Of a stretch of DNA of 64,000 bases, positions 56,895-64,000 are shown piece by piece. This DNA comes from a virus. Below the pieces are notes generated by a model. It was not told the origin of the DNA and ran no database searches. It saw only the letters and a list, made by a program, of their open reading frames with translations. The position numbers were made by a program, and so were the translations under genes. The number at the start of each line of letters is the position of its first letter. Within the stretch, counting starts at the first letter, position 1. The stretch lies in IMG/VR virus record IMGVR_UViG_3300048592_000418, positions 1-64,000 of that record. One strand, given 5' to 3'.

Positions 56895-57325
56895 GATCGC
56901 GCGACTGGCGCGAAAAACTCGGCGGCGTTTCCATCGCCTATTTCTGGAACGAGACGTTCGGCTTCGGCGTTCTGACGTGTTGGCCGATCAACTTCGCGCA
57001 GTTCAAAACGATTGCGCGGCACTACGGCGTTGCGCGAGCTGACATCGCCGCACTGGGAACGACGGAGATCCGGAGCGCGCAGTATTTCTTTTTCCCGGAG
57101 CGCGAAACGCACGTGATCGCGTTCTCGAAGCGGGAAGTCGCGGCGCGTGACGTAGGCGTGATCGCGCATGAGTCGTTCCATTGCGTGCGGAATGCGCTGC
57201 GGCGCCGGGGAATCACGACGGACGGCGGCGACGGCGAGGAAGCGCACGCCTACGCGCTCGGATGGCTGACGAACAAGATCACGGACGCACGCGGGATCGT
57301 GCGTTACCGGGATCCGTCCAAGTAG
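56873..57325 (+). CDS. HExxH motif protein
   Basis: IAHESFH...EEAHAYALGWL. Confidence 0.7.
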   Translation: MPASTFLRSRDWREKLGGVSIAYFWNETFGFGVLTCWPINFAQFKTIARHYGVARADIAALGTTEIRSAQYFFFPERETHVIAFSKREVAARDVGVIAHESFHCVRNALRRRGITTDGGDGEEAHAYALGWLTNKITDARGIVRYRDPSK

Positions 57326-57341
57326 AATCTAATTGGATTCC

Positions 57342-57384
57342 CGAAAAAAGTGCTTGCAAAGGAACCAAACATGGTTCCTAGTGC
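57342..57384 (+). promoter_or_regulatory. Class I promoter/operator
   Basis: TTGCAA(57354)-A-GGAACCAAACATGGTTCC-TAGTGC. Confidence 0.85.
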
Positions 57385-57406
57385 AGTCCACGAAACGAAC
57401 CCGAAC

Positions 57407-57997
57407 ATGAAAACATTCCAATTCGTCACTGACATCGCGAAGAACAATTCCGTTGATCCGGAGTTCATCGCGTCCGAACTCGGACACGCCGGGCCGAACG
57501 CGGCAAACGGCGCTTTGCTTGCCGTGCGTCGCGTCTGCGATGGCGGCGAAGTTCGCCGCGTGTTCCAGCTCGGCAACGGCCGCAAGGTTCTCCGGGTAGA
57601 GAGCTACGGCCGCACGATCAGCATTTACGAAAACGCGGAAGACATTCCCGCGGCGCCGCAGACGCTTCCCGTCGGCACGGTGATCGCCGGCTTCACGTAT
57701 TCGACGAGCCGGAAGGATGGACTCCCGACGGCGTTCGCGTCGCGCGACTGCGAAACGTCGTTCAAGATCGAAGACGTGCGCGAGTGGCACGTGTCGCGGG
57801 AATACGGCAGCGCGATCTATCGGCTCGGCGCGACGCTCGCCGACGGCCGGCTTGTGTTCGTCGTCCGCTCGCAGCTTCCGAATTACATCGCCGATCCGCT
57901 CGGCAAGATCGCGGAAGCCGTGCGGCGGAACACCGTCCGGCACAGCGGCGGAAGCCGTTCGATCCAGTTCTGGCACGGGCCGGCGCTGAAAACCTGA
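57407..57997 (+). CDS. Hypothetical protein flanked by promoter direct repeats
   Basis: ATG after ACGAA leader. Confidence 0.7.
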   Translation: MKTFQFVTDIAKNNSVDPEFIASELGHAGPNAANGALLAVRRVCDGGEVRRVFQLGNGRKVLRVESYGRTISIYENAEDIPAAPQTLPVGTVIAGFTYSTSRKDGLPTAFASRDCETSFKIEDVREWHVSREYGSAIYRLGATLADGRLVFVVRSQLPNYIADPLGKIAEAVRRNTVRHSGGSRSIQFWHGPALKT

Positions 57998-58037
57998 AAA
58001 AATGTCTTGCAAAGGAACCAAACATGGTTCCTACTGT
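57996..58037 (+). promoter_or_regulatory. Class I promoter/operator
   Basis: TTGCAA(58007)-A-GGAACCAAACATGGTTCC-TACTGT. Confidence 0.85.
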
Positions 58038-58044
58038 GCGCACG

Positions 58045-58449
58045 ATGAACACGAACACGACGCAGGGAACCCGGATCGCGGAAGCCTTCGTGATTGAAGG
58101 CGATCTTTACGCAGGCGTGAACGGCTGGGGCGAGCCGTTCGAGACGTTCAACGCTCAAGTCGGCGTCACGACGGCGGACGGCCGCAAGCTCGTCCATCGC
58201 GAATTTTGCGCCGTCGGCGTCGTTCACACGGATGAAGGCGATTTCGTCGCTCCGTCTCGCCGTCGCGCTCGCGCTTTCGCGGATCGCGTTGCTGCGGCCG
58301 GCGTGATCGATGAAGCGCGCTGGGAACCGATGGAAGAACCGGAAGCGCTCGAAGTGCGGCTTCATCGTGAATTTCTGCGCGAGGAAGCGGAGCGTCACGG
58401 CACGCAGCCGGCCGGCGCCGCGGCTTATGCTCGCATGCTGGCGCGGTGA
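58045..58449 (+). CDS. Hypothetical protein
   Basis: First ATG after the promoter. Confidence 0.7.
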   Translation: MNTNTTQGTRIAEAFVIEGDLYAGVNGWGEPFETFNAQVGVTTADGRKLVHREFCAVGVVHTDEGDFVAPSRRRARAFADRVAAAGVIDEARWEPMEEPEALEVRLHREFLREEAERHGTQPAGAAAYARMLAR

Positions 58450-58595
58450 TGACTCGAAGCGAAGTCTCGAAACTGACGCACGCGAAGCGGCGAATCCGCC
58501 GGCATTGGCCGCGGCGCTCGAACCCGCGCGTTCGCGAGTGGATTCGCCGCGACATCGCCGTCATTCGATTTCTGAAAACTGGAAGCTGGGAATGA
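58449..58595 (+). CDS. 48-aa Arg-rich peptide (absent from ORF track)
   Basis: MTRSEVSKLTHAKRRIRRHWPRRSNPRVREW...; overlaps at both ends. Confidence 0.55.
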   Translation: MTRSEVSKLTHAKRRIRRHWPRRSNPRVREWIRRDIAVIRFLKTGSWE

Positions 58596-58807
58596 AGCTC
58601 GAACCGAAACAGATCACGCGCATGTCGCGACGGCGGAACCCGCGCGTCAAAGGCGGCGACGTTTTGCTTGCCGAGCACGGCGGGAAATGGGTTCGGATTT
58701 CAACGGCGACGTGGATCCGCGCAATCGAAGCGGGCGTTCCGTGGGATCACACTGGCGAATGGGCCGGCGCTCGCGTTCCCGGAGCGACGGGAGATCCGCC
58801 TAAGTAG
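58592..58807 (+). CDS. Small hypothetical protein
   Basis: MKLEPKQITRMSRRRNPRV; ATGA-coupled. Confidence 0.55.
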   Translation: MKLEPKQITRMSRRRNPRVKGGDVLLAEHGGKWVRISTATWIRAIEAGVPWDHTGEWAGARVPGATGDPPK

Positions 58808-58962
58808 GCGCACGAAGGTTGACAGGCTCGGCATCCGCCGGCGTTCTCTCACGAGACGCCGGCGGCGTCATTTATGCGCGGCGCGCGAACCATACATGAC
58901 GAAATGATCACGAGAACCGAAGCGAACGCGTGCGCGTTCGAGTCATCCGCGCATCCTGTCTG

Positions 58963-60345
58963 ATGGTGGCACATGCGCCAATTTCGACGGAGCCGGTGAC
59001 GGTCTGGAAGCCGAACAGCGGTCCGCAATACAAGTTTCTTGCGTGCGCTGCGCGTGAAGTGCTTTACGGCGGAGCCGCCGGCGGCGGGAAAACTGACGGG
59101 CTGCTGATGGGAGCGATCCGCTTCCGCGAGAACCCGAACATGCGGGCAATCGTGTTTCGGAAAACGTTCCCGATGCTGTCAAAGATCATCGACAGATCGA
59201 AGGCGCTTTATCCGCACCTCGGCGCGCGTTACAACGAATCGAAGCACGTCTGGCGCTTCCCGGCCGGCGGATTCGTGCGCTTCGGCAATCTCGACAAACC
59301 CGGCGCGGAAGAGAACTACCAAGGCGAAGACTTCACTTACATCGCGTTTGACGAGCTGACGCAGTGGGCAACGGCGAAGCAATACACGTATCTGCGATCA
59401 CGTCTGCGTTCGAGCGCGGGAAGCGGGATCTCGCACCTGATGATTCGCGGCGCGTGCAATCCCGGCGGGCGCGGGCATGGGTGGGTGAAGTTGCACTTCG
59501 GGATCGATGACGCCGGCAACGCGGCCGATTTCATTGACACCGGCACGCCGGATCAGCCGGGAACCGGATTCCGTCGCGTGTTCATCCCCGCTCGGCTGCG
59601 CGACAATCCGTTTTTGTCCGGCACGGATTACGAGCGCGAGCTGATGGCGCTCCCGCACGATCTGCGCGTCGCGCTGTTAGATGGCCGCTGGGATGTCGTC
59701 GCCGGCGCCGTGTTCGGGCATCACTGGAACCCGCGGCTTTGGGATGACAAAGACACGCCGGGCAACGTCTGCGACGCGTTCGAGATTCCGCAGCACTGGA
59801 AGATCTGGCGCGGAGCTGACGACGGCTTCAATGCGCCGGCGTGCTGTCTATGGTTCGCGCAGAACGATGATCGGATCTTCGTGGTGGATGAACTTTACCG
59901 GGAAGGCATGTCCCCGGAAGCATTCGCGGAAGAAGTCCTGAAGCGGGACAATCAGCTTCGGGCCGGCGGCAGGATCACGGGCGTCATTGATCCGGGCGCG
60001 TTCGCAAAGACGGGCATCACGCACAAGCAAGGGCAGTCCCGCGGGCAAATCATGAACGCGTGCGGCTGTCACTGGGAGGAAGCCGAGAAAGGGCCGCATT
60101 CGCGCGTGAATGACGTTTCGCTTGTCGCAACGTCGCTCTCGAAGGTTTTACCGGACGGCCGGCGGAAAGTGATCGTGTTCCGGCGCTGCAAAAACCTGAT
60201 CCGAACGATTCCGGTTCTCCCGCGTGACGACGTGAACCCGGAAGACGTGGACAGCGATTCGGAAGATCACGCTTATGACGCTTTTCGTTACGGGTTGCAA
60301 TGGCGCCGGCGGGAGATCAAACAGGGGAAGCTCTCCGGTCTGTAA
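58963..60345 (+). CDS. terL: Terminase large subunit
   Basis: YGGAAGGGKT, FDELTQ, ACNPGGRGHGWVK, DNPFL, LLDGRWD, GADDG, DHAYDAFRY. Confidence 0.97.
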   Translation: MVAHAPISTEPVTVWKPNSGPQYKFLACAAREVLYGGAAGGGKTDGLLMGAIRFRENPNMRAIVFRKTFPMLSKIIDRSKALYPHLGARYNESKHVWRFPAGGFVRFGNLDKPGAEENYQGEDFTYIAFDELTQWATAKQYTYLRSRLRSSAGSGISHLMIRGACNPGGRGHGWVKLHFGIDDAGNAADFIDTGTPDQPGTGFRRVFIPARLRDNPFLSGTDYERELMALPHDLRVALLDGRWDVVAGAVFGHHWNPRLWDDKDTPGNVCDAFEIPQHWKIWRGADDGFNAPACCLWFAQNDDRIFVVDELYREGMSPEAFAEEVLKRDNQLRAGGRITGVIDPGAFAKTGITHKQGQSRGQIMNACGCHWEEAEKGPHSRVNDVSLVATSLSKVLPDGRRKVIVFRRCKNLIRTIPVLPRDDVNPEDVDSDSEDHAYDAFRYGLQWRRREIKQGKLSGL

Positions 60346-60359
60346 ACCGCTTCCCGAAA

Positions 60360-62027
60360 ATGCCTGTTTCAACCTTTCATCCGCTATACATGAAGGCCGT
60401 TCCGAAGTGGGAACGGATTCGCACGGTTCTCGAAGGCGAAGACAAAGTGAAGGAAGCCGGCGACAAGTATTTGCCGCGGCTGTCCGCGCAGACTGATGAC
60501 GAATACAACGCTTACAAAATGCGCGCGCAGTTCTTCAATGCGACCGGGCGCACGCATGGCGGTTTGCTGGGGCTGATTTTCGGACAGGATCCGAACGTGA
60601 TCGTCCCGAAGGACATCGAAGAATGGCTGGACGACGTGACGCTGACGGGGATGACGTTCTTCGGATTCTCGAAGCACGTCACCGATCAGATTCTCGGACC
60701 CGGCCGCTTCGGGATCTACGTGGATTTTGATCAGGACGCCGGCCGGTCATACTTGGTCGGATACACGACGGAACAGATCATCAACTGGCGCACGGAGCGG
60801 CGGAAGGGGAAGCAGTTCGTGACGATGGTCGTTCTGAAGGAATCCGTCGAATCGGTTCAGGCGGATCCGTTCGTCGCCGAAGTTCAGGAACGTTATCGCG
60901 TGCTTTTGCTCGAACCCGCGGACGGCGGGAACGGCAAGCCGATCTTCAAAGTGCGGCTGTATCAGAAGCGGCCGAACGCGGCGCCGGGGAAGGAATCGCC
61001 GACGAAGCGGGCGCGCACAGCTCGAACGGCGCGACTCGGCAACGATGACGAGCTGATGAAGGAAGCCGCGGCGGCGGCGAAAAAGCCGTCAGAAGTTCCG
61101 ACGGAAGGCGACTTCGAGATCACGGAGATCGTCCCGGTGATCCGCGGAACACCGCTCGAATTTATTCCGTTCACGTTCGTCGGCGTGACGCGCAACGAAG
61201 CGGATCCGGAGCGTCCACCCTTGGAAGACGTGGCAACGGTGAACCTGTCCCACTATCGGACGAGCGCGGATCTCGAACACGGCCGGCACTTCACCGGACT
61301 GCCGACGGCATGGGTTGCGGGATTTGACACGGACGAAGAGCTTCGGATCGGCAGCGGCACGGCATGGATCAGCAAGGATGCGAGCGCGAAGGCCGGCTTT
61401 CTCGAATTCACCGGGCAAGGGCTGAAGGCGCTCGAAGTCGCGCTGGAACAGAAAGAGAAGCAAATGGCCGTTCTCGGCGCGCGCTTGCTCGAACAGCAGA
61501 AGAAGGAAGCCGAGACGGCCGAAACGCTGAAGCTGCGGCAGGCTGGCGAATCGTCCGTGCTCGCGTCCATCGCAACGACGGTAGGCGAAGCGCTGACAAT
61601 GGCGCTGCGGTTTCTCGACTACTGGCGCACGGGCGGCGCGCTCGAAACCGATCCGCAGAAGATCAGCGCGGAAATGAACACCGAATTCATTGACGCGTCG
61701 CTGACTTCGCAGGAAGTCACCGCGCTCGTTTCGGCGTGGCAGGGCAAAGCGATCTCGCATCTCACCTTGCTTCACAATTTCGCGCGCACCGGAATTCTCC
61801 CGCCGGACATTTCGCCGGAAGACGAGCAAGCTCGGATCGATGACGAAGCTCCGTCGCTTACCGGCGACGCGTTGCCGCTGGATCCCGATGACGGCACTGT
61901 TCCGGCGACGCAGCGCGACGCGCAGACGGCCGCGGCGAAGAAAAAGGCCGCGGACGAAGAAAACGAACGCATGATGCGCGAAAAGGAAATGCAGATGAAG
62001 GCGAAGCCGGGCGCATTCAAAAAGTAG
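60360..62027 (+). CDS. Portal protein (DUF4055 type)
   Basis: HPLY...YLPRL...YKMRAQFFNATGRT...PPLEDVATVNLSHYRTSADLEHGRHFTGLPT; follows terL. Confidence 0.9.
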   Translation: MPVSTFHPLYMKAVPKWERIRTVLEGEDKVKEAGDKYLPRLSAQTDDEYNAYKMRAQFFNATGRTHGGLLGLIFGQDPNVIVPKDIEEWLDDVTLTGMTFFGFSKHVTDQILGPGRFGIYVDFDQDAGRSYLVGYTTEQIINWRTERRKGKQFVTMVVLKESVESVQADPFVAEVQERYRVLLLEPADGGNGKPIFKVRLYQKRPNAAPGKESPTKRARTARTARLGNDDELMKEAAAAAKKPSEVPTEGDFEITEIVPVIRGTPLEFIPFTFVGVTRNEADPERPPLEDVATVNLSHYRTSADLEHGRHFTGLPTAWVAGFDTDEELRIGSGTAWISKDASAKAGFLEFTGQGLKALEVALEQKEKQMAVLGARLLEQQKKEAETAETLKLRQAGESSVLASIATTVGEALTMALRFLDYWRTGGALETDPQKISAEMNTEFIDASLTSQEVTALVSAWQGKAISHLTLLHNFARTGILPPDISPEDEQARIDDEAPSLTGDALPLDPDDGTVPATQRDAQTAAAKKKAADEENERMMREKEMQMKAKPGAFKK

Positions 62028-62049
62028 CGATTTAGCGTAAAGCGCTAAA

Positions 62050-63177
62050 ATGCCGACGAAACGAAACCTTCACGAAAAGCTCGCGGACAAGATCACCGCG
62101 CATCAGATCACGCTCGAACGGCTGAAGGCCGGCGAAAAGCAGAGCGTGATCGCCATGCTGCGCGATCTCGAAAAGTCGCTGATTCTCGAACTCGAAAAGT
62201 TGGACGTTACCGGCGCGGCGTCTCGCTACCATCAGGCGCGGCTCGCGAAGCTGCTTCAGTTCGCGAAGGAAACCATTCGCGGATCGTATCGAGGAATCCG
62301 TGACGATCAGCGGGAAGCGCTGCAAGGGCTGGCGAAGCTGGAAGACAGCTTCGTTCGCCGGGCCGTGAACGGGACAATCGGCGTTGATCTGATGACGGTG
62401 ACGCTTTCGGCCGAAACGCTGAAGACGCTCGCGAGTGATACGCTGATCATGAAGGCGCCGTCTGCCGAATGGTGGAGCCGGCAAGCCGGGGACACGCTTC
62501 AGCGCTTCACGGATAACATGCGCGACGGCGTTTTGCGCGGCGAACCCACCACGGAGCTTGTGCGGCGCGTGCGCGGCCGGCGGGAAAATCAATTTGCCGA
62601 CGGCATCATGCAAACGAGCTATCGGAACGCCGAAGCGCTCGTTCGGACATCCGTTCAGACCGTCGCGAATGAAGCGCGACTGGAAACCTACGCGGCGAAC
62701 GCCGACGTGATCAACGGGACGCAATGGGTTTCGACGCTGGACAGGCGCACAACGAAGATCTGCATCGCACTCGACGGGAAGGTTTGGGATCGCGAGCTGA
62801 AACCCATCGGACACAAGCACAAGTTCCCCGGTCCAACGGCGCACTGGGGATGCCGGAGCACTCAGATCCCCGTGATGAAAACGTTTCAGGAACTCGCCGG
62901 CGCGAAGGAAACGCGTTCGTTGGTGGAGCAAGCGACGGAACAGAGGAAGGACATGCTTCGCGCGTCCATGGACGGACAGGTCGCCGGCGTCCAGACGTTC
63001 GACGAATTCCTGAAGCGGAAGGATGGCAAATATCAGGATCAGCTTTTGGGTCGCGAGCGCGCGAAGCTCTGGCGCGACGGCAAGATCACTGCGGACGATC
63101 TGACGAATCAGGACAATCGGCCGCTGACCGTGAAGCAGCTTCAGAAGCTCGCCGAGCGGAGAACGGGCGGCGGATGA
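62050..63177 (+). CDS. Minor head protein (MuF / SPP1 gp7-like)
   Basis: AEALVRTSVQ, WVSTLDRRTTKICIALDG, GPTAHWGCRS. Confidence 0.92.
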   Translation: MPTKRNLHEKLADKITAHQITLERLKAGEKQSVIAMLRDLEKSLILELEKLDVTGAASRYHQARLAKLLQFAKETIRGSYRGIRDDQREALQGLAKLEDSFVRRAVNGTIGVDLMTVTLSAETLKTLASDTLIMKAPSAEWWSRQAGDTLQRFTDNMRDGVLRGEPTTELVRRVRGRRENQFADGIMQTSYRNAEALVRTSVQTVANEARLETYAANADVINGTQWVSTLDRRTTKICIALDGKVWDRELKPIGHKHKFPGPTAHWGCRSTQIPVMKTFQELAGAKETRSLVEQATEQRKDMLRASMDGQVAGVQTFDEFLKRKDGKYQDQLLGRERAKLWRDGKITADDLTNQDNRPLTVKQLQKLAERRTGGG

Positions 63178-63275
63178 ACGCGAAACGGAAACGGAAGCTC
63201 GAAGCGGCTGGCTGGAAGGTCGGCACTGCGAAAGAATTTTTGCGCAGAGCGCGCAGGAAGCGAAAGGCGAAATGA
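63174..63275 (+). CDS. 33-aa peptide resembling an XRE/HigA antitoxin N-terminus
   Basis: MNAKRKRKLEAAGWKVGTAKEFL; ATGA overlaps at both ends. Confidence 0.65.
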   Translation: MNAKRKRKLEAAGWKVGTAKEFLRRARRKRKAK

Positions 63276-63376
63276 AGGCGCCGGCGTTCGCTGTCCTGCT
63301 TCGCGCCATCGTCGCGGCCGTTATTCCGGCGCGAATCCGGACCGCTTGGCGCGTGCGTTATCTCGGCATCAGGTGA
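63272..63376 (+). CDS. 34-aa hydrophobic peptide
   Basis: MKAPAFAVLLRAIVAAVIPARIRTAWRVRYLGIR. Confidence 0.45.
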   Translation: MKAPAFAVLLRAIVAAVIPARIRTAWRVRYLGIR

Positions 63377-63439
63377 ATCGCGCCGCGGCCGGCGCAATAG
63401 GGTTGACGACTACTTCGCGGTTCGGGTTTTTTCTGTGTC

Positions 63440-63700
63440 GTGTCCGGCACGAAACGCAGTCGCGAACAGCTCGAAGAAATGATCGCGGAAGCGCAGCGGC
63501 TTCACGCAGCGCGCGGCGGCATCCATGACATGAACGCAGCGCTTCACATCCTGACTTCGCTGCGGTTCCTCTTTGAATGCGGCGAGGAATGGCGCATTCG
63601 CTGGGATCGCGCGGATCGGCTGCTGGCGAACATGCGCGTTTGCTTCGCGACTGGATTTTACCCGAAGCATCTCGCGAGCGCTCAACCTGTTTTCGCATGA
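63440..63700 (+). CDS. Hypothetical protein
   Basis: GTG start after TTGACG (63403). Confidence 0.55.
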   Translation: MSGTKRSREQLEEMIAEAQRLHAARGGIHDMNAALHILTSLRFLFECGEEWRIRWDRADRLLANMRVCFATGFYPKHLASAQPVFA

Positions 63701-64000
63701 ACCCGGAGCGCTGGAATCGGCCGAAGCAGACAATCTTCACGACGGAAACGACGGATGGCGATTGCTGGCGTTGCTGCATCGCCGCGATCCTGAACGTTCC
63801 CGCGGAGAGCGTCCCGCACTTCGGAGCCGATCCGCACTGTGACGCAGAAACGCAAAAATGGCTGAACGCTCGCGGCTACGTGATGATCCAAGTTGAGGGC
63901 GGCGGATTCTATCCGCCGATCCGTTTCCCGCAGTGGGGCAAGCCGGTTCAGGACAAGACGCCGAACACGGCGGTTTATCCGATCATCGCGTGCGGTCCCA
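63697..64000 (+). CDS. Peptidase C39-like protein (partial)
   Basis: KQT...GDCWRCCIAAILNVPAESVPHF; runs off the window. Confidence 0.6.
   Translation, partial: MNPERWNRPKQTIFTTETTDGDCWRCCIAAILNVPAESVPHFGADPHCDAETQKWLNARGYVMIQVEGGGFYPPIRFPQWGKPVQDKTPNTAVYPIIACGP

Noticed and set aside
20571-58031. Palindromic repeats as a CRISPR array or integron attC sites
   Set aside because: Dispersed at irregular kb distances, tied to a -35 hexamer; no cas gene or integrase
62050-63177. MuF polymorphic toxin
   Set aside because: No C-terminal toxin domain recognisable after the MuF region

Overview
A 64-kb segment of a GC-rich tailed dsDNA phage (Caudoviricetes). All but one gene lie on the + strand, and most are coupled by ATGA/GTGA overlaps. 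Gene order: tail fibres (1-4.6 kb), atypical lysis/envelope cluster (5.7-8.65 kb), recombination-replication block (ERF, Rad50/SbcC-like ATPase, UvrD, initiator, DnaC-like loader, RecU, SNF2, SSB), and long runs of accessory genes with three homing-type endonucleases, an MT-A70 methylase and a ParB / ParB-methyltransferase / CmoA-like cluster, followed by terS, terL, portal and MuF. The SSB and the absence of Shine-Dalgarno sites suggest a Verrucomicrobiota (Opitutales-like) host (inference). No integrase, tRNA or CRISPR array was seen. Main signals: (1) nine promoters carrying an 18-bp palindrome GGAACCA-N4-TGGTTCC (one only as a half-site) in two geometries about one helical turn apart; (2) a perfect chromosomal-type parS site directly upstream of the SMC-family gene; (3) two peptides that look like isolated N-termini of HigA-type antitoxins; (4) a possible carboxy-SAM-dependent DNA modification cluster; (5) a start-less alternative tail-fibre tip reachable by a -1 frameshift or microhomology recombination; (6) a Mini-RNase III-like gene split by one in-frame TAA. 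All family assignments come from motif recognition by eye; no searches were run.
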